Origin: Trichoplax sp. H2
Lineage: Eukaryota
DNA: 64,000 nucleotides
Direction: 5' to 3'
NCBI GenBank assembly: GCA_003344405.1
Contig: NOWV01000012.1
Span: 930,001-994,000, forward strand
A program made the position numbers and the translations under genes. The notes below the pieces were generated by a model. The model was not told where the DNA came from. It searched no databases and saw only the letters and a program-made list of their open reading frames with translations. Of this stretch, positions 25,088 to 39,037 are shown piece by piece (the stretch's first letter is position 1; every line of letters starts with the position of its first letter).

Positions 25088-26544
25088 TATCACCGATTGT
25101 ACCGAAAAGCGTGATAGTAAGACTAGAAATTTTTAAATTATATGTGCTGTGGTGCGGTCGTAATCTAATGAGCTTGTGCGAAGAGGTAGTTATAAACTGA
25201 GAATTGAATGCCAAATTTATCCCGTTTGGACGTGTTTGCCTAGTTGACACCATCAGCAACTGATATATTAGAAATATAAGGCAACATAATCCTATTACAG
25301 TATGAAAAAAGGATTTAAAGTATTATTTCTATTTTTCTATCGTGACTGTTAGTCACTAGTGCAATTCATCAGTTGCTTATATGTAAATGTGGTAAGATAT
25401 TTCAATTTCTAGTTCCATCATATCAAAGATAATAATACAGTGATAATGTATATGAAAGTGAATGATAACGTTATTCCTGTGCAAAAATCCCTTAAACTTC
25501 GTGCAGATCGTTTGAGATTATGTGTCTTACTCGTACTGTAAAAACTGCAAAAGGTCGTCTTCTTAAATAAAAGCAAGCAACAGATGAACTTAGGTTCAAT
25601 TAATTATTTTAATATTCTTATGTTGTGATCCTTATGGTCTTTGTGTTCTCCTAATTATATTGATCATTTATTAGTTACGAAGCACAGTACATGCATAATG
25701 AGGTATGCAACGCATGGTTTTTCGTAACAACAATTATAATACGATTTCCAGATATACATCTTGATTTGTTATTTTGTAGGCATTTGTCATTTAATTTGTG
25801 ATAGCTTAAAGGGAATAGAGAAGATAAAATTATATGATTATTTTAATTACTACCAATAGCAACGATATTATTACTGATAGCGCGATTATAATACACCTAC
25901 GATTAGTTTAGGTATGAATTGTATTGGCAATGTAACTCAATTAACAGTAAAAAATAAAATCGAAATATCTCATATCATCGGGTGTTATCTGTTATTGATT
26001 TTTGACATCAAATTCTTGATTTATACAACATGCTTTTTTGTAAAACCTCTATAGCAATTTTCTTTGGAGTACTGCTGAGTAGAAACTGAAACTGTTTCAA
26101 TTCGATTTATTTGTGCCATACTATGTATGTAAATCGTAAACCATGGTAACACTAAGCGTAAATAAGTTTAGGGATAATAAAAACAGTAATGCGTATAAAG
26201 CAAAAGTTGTATACTTACTACAAAAGACAAAGTTTTACCGATTGCAACGCGTTAACATATACGTTATATCACAGTAAACGACTGAACTATAAAGACTTGA
26301 TCAAATAAAATAGTAATAAATGCAATCAGTAGTTTACAACTACAGTAGTACAGTATCTTACAGATTTAAGGTATGCGAATATCTTGGGTGAATTAAATTT
26401 CCAACTCTGTGTACCATGATCGATGTAATGCATGCCATATGTATATAGCAATAATAATGTATAATTTCGTAATCACTTTCATTAATGCAAAAGTATCGTA
26501 TTTAACCAGTTAGCCTTATCAGGTTGCTGCTATAATTTAAAGTT

Positions 26545-26617
26545 GTGAAATGATTTCAGTTTACAATTTGAGTACTTTGGTTGAAATGATTTCAGTTTAC
26601 GATTTGAGTACTTTGGT
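26545..26617. repeat. ~37-bp direct tandem repeat, 2 copies
   Basis: TGAAATGATTTCAGTTTAC[A/G]ATTTGAGTACTTTGGT occurs twice. Confidence 0.85.
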
Positions 26618-28011
26618 AGTACTGCCCAATGTACTACACTATCTGTCTATAATATGACACAAGTACATAATACCTGTAACAATATAATACAGGTGATACT
26701 AATTTAATTAATTAGAGCACGATAAGTACTGTAAAACCGCATAAGCACAAGATCTTGCTCAGGTTGAGGCTTAATTCAATCACAATACTGAAGAATAGTA
26801 CATGTAGATTATTCCTTGTGATAGATAAGGTGTATAGTAGATGGAATTTGTTGATATACGCCATATACGTCCGTATGTATGCAATAGGTTTATTAGTTGA
26901 TCTTATCCAGTTTACTTCACTCGCTTTATACACATATTAGTACGGCATGGCTTCTATTTATTAGGAAGACATACTAGTAGATGTACAATGCCTTTAAGGG
27001 CATATTCTGTAATATTCTGTTACGTTAGTAAATTTGAAATCAAAAACTAGGATTAATCCTTTTTTTAGATATTATTGCTCGAAAAATCAACCGCTAACAT
27101 CAAAAACTAAATCATCTTCAACAACTTGAAAGGTAATTTTATGTTTAATTTGCATGATAATAGTTAATTAGCTGTAATATCTCAGTGACGAGTAGAGATA
27201 TGATATACTGCACAATCTAACGGTATGATTCTATATGAATTATAATTATTAATTATCAAATAAGCTTTGCAGTTGCTATCACGTTCAATTTAGCTATATC
27301 TAATAAAGAAGAACATTAATCTATAGTCACATAGAGTACTTATTTGATATAAATGACAGAGAAAACACGAGTAACTGGTTAGTTAACACATACGAAACCA
27401 TGATATCGCACACACTATCTACAAAATAACTTGCTAATCATCGGTAATATTATTTAATTTTCGTGTGAAGCTTGGTTGTAAGTGTGGGATGCTGGACAGC
27501 ACGTATTTGCTGGGATAAAGTGATCAGATATAGAGATGATTACACAGTCATCAGTTAAATACACTTTCTTTAGCATTGGATAATACACTAAATTATCGTT
27601 ATTACCTGAGTTGTATTTTAATTACAGTAAAAGCATTATTCTAGTTGATGATCGGCTATAGATGAGGTAAATTAATCGAACAAATGCCTTTACGATGAGG
27701 AGGGTGTAATCTGCGAATTTTGGGATGCTTTGATGAAATAAAGCAACCTGATGATGCAGTAATCCAGCGGGCACATTCCACTTTTAATCTAACTTTCAAG
27801 GTATCATTATTATTCATTAACAACACCACGTGGAAAGAATTGCTTCAGTAAAGACCCTGCTGGCCATGTGGTCATCCATTCATCGTAAAAACTATAACTA
27901 TGGCTCATATCGTTGGTTGCTGTTGTTGGATTGGCCGTATCTATAAATGATAACGATACAATTGAAGAGTTTTGATATACGGTATCCATGGTTATTCAGG
28001 CTCATCGATCA

Positions 28012-30912
28012 TCAGGTTAAAAAATAAAAATGTTTAGGTGTTGGATAATGTGCTACCACATTGTTAGGATCAAGTAAATCTGCATTCTTACCCTGTTGTT
28101 GTTGAGGTGATGGCGGCTGTTGTTGTTGCTCTTGTTCTTGTTGTTGCTGCTGTAATTGCTCTTGCAATTGCAGTTGTAATTGTTGTTGTTGTAATTGCTG
28201 TTGTAACTGTTGCTGTTGTAACTGTTGCTGTTGTAGTCGTAATTGTTCCTCAACTGATTGCTCGATTTGCTGTTCTGGTGTTAACGGTTCAAGTTGTGAA
28301 GTTTCTGATGATAATTGCCTTGCTAGCAGCTGTGGTGAAAGATCACCACCAAAGTCGGAATGAGAATGAAAGACACCATCAGCAATGGTACGGTGGCCCA
28401 ATTCTTTAATATGATAATGTTGATCAATTAATCCCAAACTTGGCATGGTCGATGTACTATTGGTAACGCTAGTACCAGTATAAAATTGTTGAGCAGATCC
28501 GTGAGGGTGATGATGATGATGATGATGATGATATTGCTGTTGCTGTTGGAAAAGATTTAATAGATGATGTCGTCGCTGTTCTGGTTGGTTTGTATCATCA
28601 GTTGCAATGGTAATTGTAGACGGAGCTATACTTGAATCTTCCATTCTATCATTAGGTGGCAAACTTTCACTCATATTAATGGTAGTATCGTTGTGATTTT
28701 CTGTAATAGTTTCTGGATTTTGACGTAATGTTTTATTCAAGATTTCTTTCTCTAGTTCATCGACCAATCGCTGATGTTCACTATCTGGCGTTGTTGGGAA
28801 TAATAAACTATCGTTAGCTTCATAAGAAGTTAGTCGTGCCGGGAAATTATTCTTCATAAAGGTGGCCATTGAAGCTGCTTCCTCTCGTGTTACCTCTATG
28901 TGAAGTAATTGGTCGACTTTTTTGGATAGTAAGCTCATTTGTTGCTGGACTTCGCTATCGTTACTACTGTCCGACACAGTTAACGTTTTAGCTTTTTTCT
29001 TGGCTTTATTAGCATAATAGCGATCATAAATATTTTCAACTTCTTGTCCACGCAGGATTGACTTTTTATAATAGGCCATAGCAGTCTGTAAACTAGCACC
29101 AACACCATAGCCATAATGGTACATAACGCCAACATGATAGAAATGGCGTGCACGTACCCCTTGATAGTGTTTTTCAATGTTAGCTAAATATGATTGGTAG
29201 GCTAATTTAAAATACCGATCAGCTTTATCTTCATCATGTAGATGTCGATATTGACAATTGCGATAAATTTTCCCTAGGCGAAATTGTGCATGAGCGATAG
29301 TGGCCGCACTTACATCTTGCCCACGAAGGACACGTTGATAAAAATCAACTGCAATATCGATATTACTGGTTGGTAGAGCATTTTTTTCAATTAATTTAGC
29401 TAAATCAATGTAGGATGGATAATCTTGTAATTTAGCAGCAGTTGTAAAATAATGACCAGCAACGTGGAGATTAGCAGGTAAACCAATACCATGCTTAATT
29501 AAAAACCCCAAAACTTGAAATGCTAAACTATTACCATTACTATAGCCGACAAAATCTGTTGCAACCGTAGCTAACTGGAAGCATTCCACTGCTTTATCGA
29601 CACTTTTTTCAACACCTCCTTTACCGTTTAAATAATACCAACCTAGCCAGAAAAGTGTTGTGGCATAGGCATAAGTTTGGCATGATTCAAAGTAATAATC
29701 ATAACCTGTTCGTGTCATATTATTACGAACAGGTTGATGCTCATTAAGGTAATTATCGTAGCGTGAAGCAATTAATAATTGCGCTCGTGGATGGCCGCCT
29801 TCAGCCGATTTTCGGATAAGGTAATTTTTAATTTTTTGACTTTTGCGTACACCTAAACCGTTTTGATACATACGGCATGCTATATTATAGTAGCCAGCAG
29901 GATTGCCTAGATCGCCAGCAATTTTAAAATATTTGATTGCTCTACGATAGTCTCGATCGTCCTTAGACCAGTTCATTTTAACCAGGAGATAACCTAATTC
30001 GTTGTAAATTTGGCTCATTTCTTCATTTTTTTCATTTTGCTTAGGTTCTTGACTGCCATTACCGCTATCATTGGTATTATTATTATTGTTGGCAGTTGTT
30101 GCAGAGTTACCATTGCTACTATTATCGTTGTGATCACTAGAATTACTGTTCTGCTGATTTGGAGGATTGGTAATTGTCGAGGAAGTTACGCGTGTAACTG
30201 TTGTAGATAGACTTTTGGCATATTCCTCGATAAGTGATTCATGATGACGTTTTAAATTATCAACAGCTTCTCGCCAAATTCGTGATCGTTTAAAATTATA
30301 CCATAATTCTTGGTGACCTTGTGCATAATATTGATCTTGGGCTGCCGACTTTACATAATTTTCAACTTTGATTTTTATTAATTCTTCTTCTGGCATCAAT
30401 TTAACATAACTACAAGTTGGGAGCGGTGTTGATGGAATAGAAGCCATCGTTGGAGATGGCGTTAGAGGCATTGAAAATGATGCTGTCGGTGATACTGGTG
30501 ATGTTGGAGATGTTAACTCAAATGGTGTTGGTGGATTATTAGTATTGCTATTAGTTGTCCCGTAGAGTTGGCATAGCATATATAAAGCACCTGGATGATT
30601 ATTATCGACAGCAATTTTATAATGATAGAATGCTTCTAAGCAGTCTTCATTTGTTGTTCCGAGACCCAAATGATAAATTCTCCCTAACTCGTAATGAGCA
30701 TGAGGATCATGTAGATTTTTACATTTTTCCATATAAATCATTTTGGCTCTATCGAATAACTCATTTGTATAATTTTCATGTAGGAATAGGTCTAAAACAT
30801 CATCATCAGTAGGCGCTGCATCCGATGTTTGCGACTGGTCAGCCATCGATCGGGCAAAAGGAAAGGCTACAATGCTCGAACTTTTCTTTGCTTTTGGAAC
30901 TTTGTTGCCCAT
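28012..30912 (-). CDS. Intronless 966-aa SEL1-like-repeat protein with low-complexity N/H/Q tracts
   Basis: Single long ORF with repeated A.Y.LG..Y..G.GV.K....A..Y...AA units (e.g. AHYELGRIYHLGLG, LFWLGWYYLNGKGGVEKSVDKAVECFQLA, FYHVGVMYHYGYGV), a poly-His run and a polyQ C-terminus. Confidence 0.85.
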   Translation of the reverse strand: MGNKVPKAKKSSSIVAFPFARSMADQSQTSDAAPTDDDVLDLFLHENYTNELFDRAKMIYMEKCKNLHDPHAHYELGRIYHLGLGTTNEDCLEAFYHYKIAVDNNHPGALYMLCQLYGTTNSNTNNPPTPFELTSPTSPVSPTASFSMPLTPSPTMASIPSTPLPTCSYVKLMPEEELIKIKVENYVKSAAQDQYYAQGHQELWYNFKRSRIWREAVDNLKRHHESLIEEYAKSLSTTVTRVTSSTITNPPNQQNSNSSDHNDNSSNGNSATTANNNNNTNDSGNGSQEPKQNEKNEEMSQIYNELGYLLVKMNWSKDDRDYRRAIKYFKIAGDLGNPAGYYNIACRMYQNGLGVRKSQKIKNYLIRKSAEGGHPRAQLLIASRYDNYLNEHQPVRNNMTRTGYDYYFESCQTYAYATTLFWLGWYYLNGKGGVEKSVDKAVECFQLATVATDFVGYSNGNSLAFQVLGFLIKHGIGLPANLHVAGHYFTTAAKLQDYPSYIDLAKLIEKNALPTSNIDIAVDFYQRVLRGQDVSAATIAHAQFRLGKIYRNCQYRHLHDEDKADRYFKLAYQSYLANIEKHYQGVRARHFYHVGVMYHYGYGVGASLQTAMAYYKKSILRGQEVENIYDRYYANKAKKKAKTLTVSDSSNDSEVQQQMSLLSKKVDQLLHIEVTREEAASMATFMKNNFPARLTSYEANDSLLFPTTPDSEHQRLVDELEKEILNKTLRQNPETITENHNDTTINMSESLPPNDRMEDSSIAPSTITIATDDTNQPEQRRHHLLNLFQQQQQYHHHHHHHHPHGSAQQFYTGTSVTNSTSTMPSLGLIDQHYHIKELGHRTIADGVFHSHSDFGGDLSPQLLARQLSSETSQLEPLTPEQQIEQSVEEQLRLQQQQLQQQQLQQQLQQQQLQLQLQEQLQQQQQEQEQQQQPPSPQQQQGKNADLLDPNNVVAHYPTPKHFYFLT

Positions 30913-31615
30913 GTTTCTTGTAATGATTATAATTATCCAACAACAACTTACTAAAATTTGAAAAAGAAGGAAGAAAAAGCGAAAAATTATAATTGAAATA
31001 CTTCAAAGAGAAGTTTTATCAAGAAAAGCAAGCTAATTTCTCTCTAGATATATTTTGTAGTATACTATAGTTGCGAACAGTTATTTCAATCATTACCGAT
31101 TAAGAGGTAGAAATTCAAGTTTCGGTATGCATAAACAAGATTTTAAAAATTTTTGTATAGACATTAATCATTTCGACCATTAGCAAGCAAAGTTTGTAGT
31201 CTTAGTTTCTATAAATATTATTACTAACATTAAAGTAGAAACAGTGTCTAGAAATCATGCCTACCTCACCTATTTAATAGGAAAGGTTTCTATGATATTA
31301 ATGTGCTAACGATAGATAGAAAATTCAACTATGGTAATCGTTGTGTAATTTTATCTCCCTATTTCCCGATCACTCACTTCTATAAAGCTCTTGACTTAAA
31401 TAGGAACGATTTTTCGTGTTAACTGCATCCTATTTTCCATATATCGCTACTATCGTCATTTATTGTCTGTATATGGTGATCACTTAATAGAATGATACTG
31501 TAGAAGTTACTTTTGTCAGCAAGGCAAATTTACATTTTTTTCTAAAGCATCTTCTTCCCGTCTAGGTTTGCGTTGATTTATTTTAGGACTTTGCTCTGAC
31601 TATAAATATTGGCAT

Positions 31616-32255
31616 GAAAAGTTAAGCGAATAAGGAAAGCTCGAATCGATATCGTAAGTAAGAATGATCAAAATCATATCAGCAATCTCTTGAAATTTAC
31701 AAAATTGTTCTTTCAAAAGGCCAATACAATCATTGCACAGTATGCTAAATATACTCATATAACATTTCACGATATTAATATCTTGCCGTAACTCATTACT
31801 GTATTAGATTACAGTAATGGAATAAAATATTATTGTTAGACTAGCTTCTTTGAGATTAAACAAACTTTTTAGCTGGCATTAACGTTTTACTGGCATGCGT
31901 AATGGCGCAAAATGAATCGTTGACTGTTTCAATATGGATTGAAAAGTTAAGCGAATAAAGAAAACTCGAATAGATACCAAATAAGTAAGAGTAATTAGAA
32001 TCATATCAGGAAACTCTTAAAATTTAGAGAATTATTCCTTCAAAAGGCTAATGTAATCATTGTGCAGTATGCTGAAACGTACTTGTAAGATATTTCGCGA
32101 TATTAACATCTTGCCGTAACTCGTTGCTGTATTAGATTACAGTAATGGAAAATATTATTCTTGAAGTAGTTTTTTTTGACATCGAACAAGCATTTTAGTT
32201 GGCACTGATGTTTTACTGGTACGCCTATGGACACAATATGAGTCATACACTGTTT
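31616..32255. repeat. Diverged ~325-bp tandem duplication
   Basis: Units start GAAAAGTTAAGCGAATAA at 31616 and 31941 and share TCTTGCCGTAACTC..T.CTGTATTAGATTACAGTAATGGAA. Confidence 0.85.
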
Positions 32256-32408
32256 GATTATAAGCGATAAATTACGCTCACATAGTCAAGTCACACTTGT
32301 GAATAAATCTTTTTGAGTATGTAAATGTAGAAATCGAATGTTGGTAATTATGCACGGATATTTTACCATGTAAAGCAGAGTAATCATTTAAGAGTTGATT
32401 AACATTTC

Positions 32409-33785
32409 TTGAATAAAGCTTTAGGTCTTAGGAATAATATCTGGTTTATATTAGTTTTGGTAAGTCTGTTTCATAGCTGTTTTTTTTCCTCTTACTCGTA
32501 CCAGGTACGTATTTACGTATGCAATTTATCCAATAAGGTAAAGGATATAATAATTTGCCGACTACCGCATACTGTACCTCTATTAAAAGTGGCTTCTATA
32601 GAAAATATTAATAACGTGATTAACCAACCTACTGAAGATCCTGCTAATCGATTTAAGGATGCTGTGCTTAGATCTCTATAAAACTTGCAGGTAAATTATA
32701 TTGGGTAAAGATATCGTACGATATAGATTGCTCCATATAAATAATGGATACAAGATCTAGATGCTCATATGTTGTATTGGCGGGACTAATTTACTTTTTA
32801 GCTAAGGAAAGAACACATGTTATTACTCTAGGGCTAGAACATGACAGAACATCTCTAGAGTGCTTAAGGGGTATGAATTGGATACTAATCTTACATTAAA
32901 TGTTGGTCTTTTCTTATATACGGGTAGTAGCAAGAAAGCTTCCAGGGAGTGTTTTGCCATAGGGTACGGTATCGCAACAAAGAAAAATAGAGGTTTTTAT
33001 CGCGACTTACAAATTTATTCCATTACTGGAAAGATCGTTTATAACAGCGAAGGATTATTAGATAAGCATTAAGCTGATTTATTTTTGTCTACTTGTGGTT
33101 ATAATGAATAAATTATTCAATTAATTAAATTAGCCATCTACTCCTATTCGTGAGCGGACTTCAAAAAATGAGCTGTCATCGAGCACCAGTAATCTTTAAA
33201 AGGAGTTATTATTTTTTATTTTTGACAGTAAATTAATTGGTAACTAATAGATTCATAGTTATTACTGTACCTACGAATGACGATAATTTAATTATAGGAA
33301 TTGAAATCGATATTTCTTAAATGTTTATATTTATTAGCATAGCTGCGGTTTTTATAGGAATAATATCTACTGCTAAAACAAAAACGATGAATTTGTCATG
33401 AAATTAGAAGTTAAAGTTCAAGAGGTAAATGTAATTATCAATTTCGTATTTTGAATATTTAAATGAAATCAGTGCCGGTGCGTAATTGAATATTTGCAGG
33501 CAATTAGCAGCGGTAATAGCAACATTAAAAATGGTAGAGTTAGATATCTTACGTTTATCTTTAGCTTACGTGGTTAAACGTTAGTGTTGGTATGGATCAC
33601 TAGCATAACCAATAAGGTTCGATAACAAATTAAGTGATGTATGTCTAAAAAATAAAATTAAAAAAAAATTAGGTCAATAATTATAATTGATAATTGTTTA
33701 TATCCAATGTTTTTCTAATATCTGTAAGGCATATGAAGTGGAAGAAGCTTTTAGGTTGGATCAAAAATGTTGTATTACAATAAGT
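32409..33785 (+). pseudogene. Possible decayed multi-exon gene (signal-peptide-like start, later hydrophobic segment)
   Basis: Coding-like blocks bounded by AG/GT sites (..YSYQ|gtacgt; ..NLQ|gtaaat; ..KVQE|gtaaat) contain internal stops and frameshifts. No family was recognised. Confidence 0.25.
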
Positions 33786-36700
33786 AAATTACCGTGCTGA
33801 AGTTATGATATACTTTTCTTGCTCAGTGTCGTTGATAGCATGATTTTAGTTGCCAGTATTTCGTAACTATATGTATCCACCTTTAACTTTTATGAAGAAA
33901 TTTGCTTGCAATGGATTCCAAAAATAAATTTTGAATATTTGAATGATAACTTTCTTTACGTATTGCAATGCTTGAACGGATCAGTAATACGTCTGTTATA
34001 TCGATTTAAATAGGAATATAACGCGAAAGATGACAAGAGCTGTAAGCGAATAGATCCGTATTTTATTATACGGATAACACGCGTCAATTTCCGGTAATGG
34101 TTACAAGAATAAAATAGATATGACTAGTAAATGTACAGTTCCAAACCTGGTTAGCTTAGAGAATAGATTTCTATTAACAGCTATTGTCATTAATGTTATA
34201 GAATGTACATTGATCATATCTTGTATCAAAGTATTAATTGTAAAGATTGTACATGAGGTCGCTGTAAAGTCCACAATCTAACAGTGTCAGACAGAGGCAT
34301 ATGGGTAAGCCATATGGCCTAGTTGACAATATCCTTAATCATAATGTAAGAAATGAAGATAGTAACAATTGCAATTTGATTAGATCACTTAAAATATGCA
34401 TTGATTGTATTTAATTAGACAGTATAAAACCGGACCATGATATAATTTTAAAGGTGAATATTTCAACTTTTCAAAATTTAAATGCATGCTCTGCAATTTA
34501 ATATCTCAAATCAGGTATAGCATAAGAAATAAAAGTTGTTAGAGCAACGTTAATTTACGTAATTTTTTCGTTAACCCTTGCAATAGTAGCTTGTGACTGC
34601 TTGCTTAGGTAATTTTATTACATTAGTGAATGATATGCTAGAATCAATATTATAGACGAGATGCAGGAATAGAAAAAGCTGTAACTTTATAAACATATAT
34701 CATTTTATTTATTTATTCGTAGTGATTGTTCATTTAAGATATTGATTTAATTTAATCCCATGATTGTATGTAAAATACGTTGTTTGCTTCAACATGATGA
34801 AAGTCTATTAATAAAGCAAATAAATGGCTACTGCTATGTTTTACATAACTAATATCAGTATTATACAATATAATGTTTATAAGCTATGCACAGCTTGATG
34901 TTTACTAGTTGATGTCGCCATTTGTTGAAATTCAGTGTTATTTTATCCCCGCATAATTAATGACTCTGATCTAGGAATTTAGTTTCATATGCACGAGCCA
35001 TAATCATTACTTCCTCCCGCGCCTACTGAAATTTTGATATATAGGTAGCTTTTCGACATTTTCTCTTCTTTTTATGTAGAACTTTAGATTAACATTTCGC
35101 CGATATACTTTGCGTATAAGATTACAAGGTGGACTGTTTGTAGAATTATAGATTTTATGATGTATGCAACGGAACTGTTTTAAATTCTAGTTGAAGTTAT
35201 CTGTCGTTACATTGCCATCATCTTATCAGTTTTTTGTTATTAAATTTAGTATGATGCACTCGTCATCATAAACGTGTGTAATTATAAGTAAATGTATACA
35301 ATTTGCACAAAAATTAATAGAATACAGGAAAATCATAGTTATTATTATTGATATATAAAAGATACTATTCAGGTAGTTGTTTTATAATTTAAATTTTATT
35401 ATGTACCGTGCAGTACTGACATACCATAACTACTCGTATATTATCACGGTATTTTCGAAGATAAGCTGTAGATGATTTAAAGAATGCTGTATTAGTGTTA
35501 AAAATGAATTCATAGAAGTCTAATACCACCGAATTTACTGAATGCTGCAAGAATGAAAATAGATATGATGATATTACTACTACAGTGCTATAGGGTTTGG
35601 CTCAGGTATGCCGTTTTCAATTTACTTTCTATAGGCTAATTTTAATATCAATTGCTAACCAACCGCACCTTTAGTCCTATACGTCTAGATAATCTTCGTG
35701 GTTTCTATAGAATGTACTTAATATACACCGATTTTCTATTTATAAAAGCAAACATCTTTCAGATGATGAATAGATAGGGCTTGATTGATCTATTGTACAG
35801 TATATAAAATATTTAAGCCGCTAACGCTTACAAAATTCGTTGCGAATATAAGAATAAGGGATAAACTTACTGGATGTATCAGAATTGATAAAGTTTTGCT
35901 GAAAAAGAGAATATAATTGCAGATACAGCATTTGATAGAAAACTATTAAGGCTAAATTTACAAGAATTTATAGATATGCACTTATGCTATTTCCATTAAT
36001 CCATCTTTTCCTTTCGCATTGTCTTATAGACAAAGAAATTATATCGCATACAATTTGAGAGTTTGCGAGCTCAATCAGTTTGAGTATATAATATCTTTGG
36101 CAATGTTAGTACTAGCCTATAGATAGAATTATATTATAGACGAACGCTTAATTGTAACTCTGGTCTTGATAAAAGGAGAATATATCGTATGCTAGTAATA
36201 AATCGATAATCCATACCATGTAGTGTAAGGTATCATTCTCACTAATTATCACTAAGTTCATCTGATTTGAAATGCTCAATACTTTGTTTTGTGTAGAATT
36301 ATCTTCAAAGTCGTTCCAAATGAGTTTCCGGCTAGTGAAAGGATTAATTAAGATTTTAATGACATTTTTGGCCTAGCTAAGTATATTGAAAGATGAGATA
36401 AGTATACTTAGAATCTATTTCCTTTACACTTCGATATCATATAGCATGCAGATATGCAGCTTCATCTTTCGCGTATTTTACTTTTCGTTTAGAATGCGGA
36501 ACATCATTAATATACTTTAAGGGCTTTAATATCTCGTAAACAAGAAAAATTATACCGCTGTTATCTTTGTTATGTTTAACAGATATTTCAGGGGCTAATT
36601 CTAAATAGTTTTTTCAAGATTGTGATTGAATTTAGAATTATACACTATGCTGGTGTGCTATTTGAGCAATAATGATAGCACTTTAATTAGCGCTTTAATG

Positions 36701-39037
36701 CAATTGGAGGATTTTTTCTTAAAGATAGGTTATTATAAAATTATGTATGTATTGTTTGTGTAGGTCCAGCTGTTACACTTATGACTATTAACAATTGTCC
36801 TTAAGTATATATACTTGGTGGATCACTTTGATTTGACTATCCTGTCCCTAAATTTACGATCTTTTTTATCTAGTAAATGAAATATTACCTGGTACCAGCC
36901 TGTACTATAAATAGTTCTACAGGTAGGCAATCTTAATCGCAGGTATATTTATATTTCATACATACTGTGTTGTTCTTCATGTTTATCTCTCTATCTTGTA
37001 TATATTTTATCTAATGGGAAGACCGTTAATGATTAAGAAAACCGCCATAAGCAAGAGCGTAAATAGGCTTCTTACGACTCTGGTTCCGGTATGTTAATGG
37101 CAGTCGATTTTTGCTGGATAGTTGCCATCTTGAGCTATTAGATATTAAGTTATATTTAAATAATATAGAATTAGTAAACGCTATAAGTTATAATGTTTAG
37201 CTTGTTAACATAACCTATCGGATTTCCTCTTTTGAATTAGAATTTAAGATATTTAAATTATAGGATTAATAAGATTATAAGTCATGTTGTATAGCTTGCT
37301 AACGTAAACTGTCGATTTGCTTATTTCAGATTACAATTAAGAAAAAGGCCCATTTAATTTAATTCTATTGATGTTGCATGATATTAAGGCCAATAAAGTT
37401 CAATTTTTTTGCAATACATTGTTCGAGTTAATATTGATTTGTTATAATTACAGTAAAATTGAACAGAAGCTGCTCATATAATAATTAATGGACACCTGGA
37501 AACTGTTCTTCCTATCGCAATGATAATTGACTCACTACTATTTTCAGTTACAATATTCTTTTTGAAAGTGTTTAAAGCGATTTCTAGCTGGAAATAAATA
37601 CATACTCTTGGCTTTTATTCTAATTTTTAATTTTTATATTCGTACAGCGATTATAAATATTACACTATGTAGGATGTTAGTACAGATTGTAATAGAACTT
37701 ATTGGTGATAGGACTAGTCAGTAAAACATTTTACTTTTTCAGTGGCAATGGTATTATAAATTAATGAGCAATCCCTGCTATTGAGAGATTGCATGTTCAG
37801 CATCTTAATAAAGCTGGGCGATGACGTGAAAATTTAAGTGGGCATTCTGCATGTGCAGCGTGCAGCTTAATCATGCACATCAACTAATAAAATGCAAGCA
37901 TTAACAACGATGTTAACTATACACTGGGTAGCAATCTTGAGTATTATACTTTACTAACATATGGATAGCAAACATAAAACGTTACTGTATAGTAATCAGT
38001 TGATATTAGATTATAATATTAGAACAAAAGCGACTTATGGGATCATCATATTATAGGTTTGTAATACTTGGAAATATTGAACATTTTACTAAGCATAAAT
38101 AAATATAAAAATCCTTGCGCTGTATCTAATTATATACTAGGGCACTAAATTTACACTAAAAGCAAATATTACAAGCTTTGCTGTAAATTTTCTACCATAA
38201 TTCTATTAAAACGCAGTCAAATATTTTGCGAAAAATTTGTACTAAAGTGGTAATAGAGTAAAATTTTTGGTTGTATCAAGTTTTGTTATCTTCATCGTAG
38301 TAGACGTCAGGTTCATTAACCGATAGAGAGAGATAAATTGAATATGAGGCATCCGAAGAAGAGACAATAATCAGGTTTTGACAGACAAACCCTAATGTTA
38401 CAAATTTAAGGTAAAATTTTGGATCATATGTTATGATTACGCGAATACTCACTCCATTTTATATCTTTGCAATTTAATATTAGAGTCTTTGTTAATTCAA
38501 GGTGTAATTTTCTTTCATATATGTGTTGTGATTATCCTACAGTATCTGACATTGTTATAGCTCAATATTACAGTCTTTGATAATTTAATTCCGACTTTGG
38601 ATTTTTCCAACGATACTTATAGCAGTAATATGAAATATGAAAGGATCTATACTTGGAATACAAGAACGTCTTGTGTATCTAGTAGGCTTTTGCTATACCA
38701 ATTCATACTAAACCGGAAATTTTGAGGGCAACAATTATTAAAATTCGCTCGATTTTATTGTTCTATTAAAATGTGATATCTTAACGCCTAAATAAGAGCT
38801 CGTTTCTTTGAAATTAGTTACTGTATAAATCATCTATTATCCAGCTACTAATATAGCTACGTCTTTTATTTTGTAACTACGCCCGTGCATCCAATGTATA
38901 CCCTAACCCAAACATATACATATATTGCAAGAGAGTCCTACGAGAGGGGAAGGGAGGGAATTGCGGCTATGTATGAGCTGTAAACTATCACCAATTTATA
39001 ATTCTGAAAAAGCTTGTTTAATTCTGTTATTTTTATT

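Noticed and set aside
28053..28409. Val/Ala-rich and Asn-rich ORFs overlapping the SEL1 gene
   Set aside because: They are alternate-frame or antisense shadows of the polyQ tract.
36880..37130. Minus-strand hydrophobic fragment vaguely like a DEG/ENaC TM1 region
   Set aside because: Multiple stops and only impressionistic similarity.
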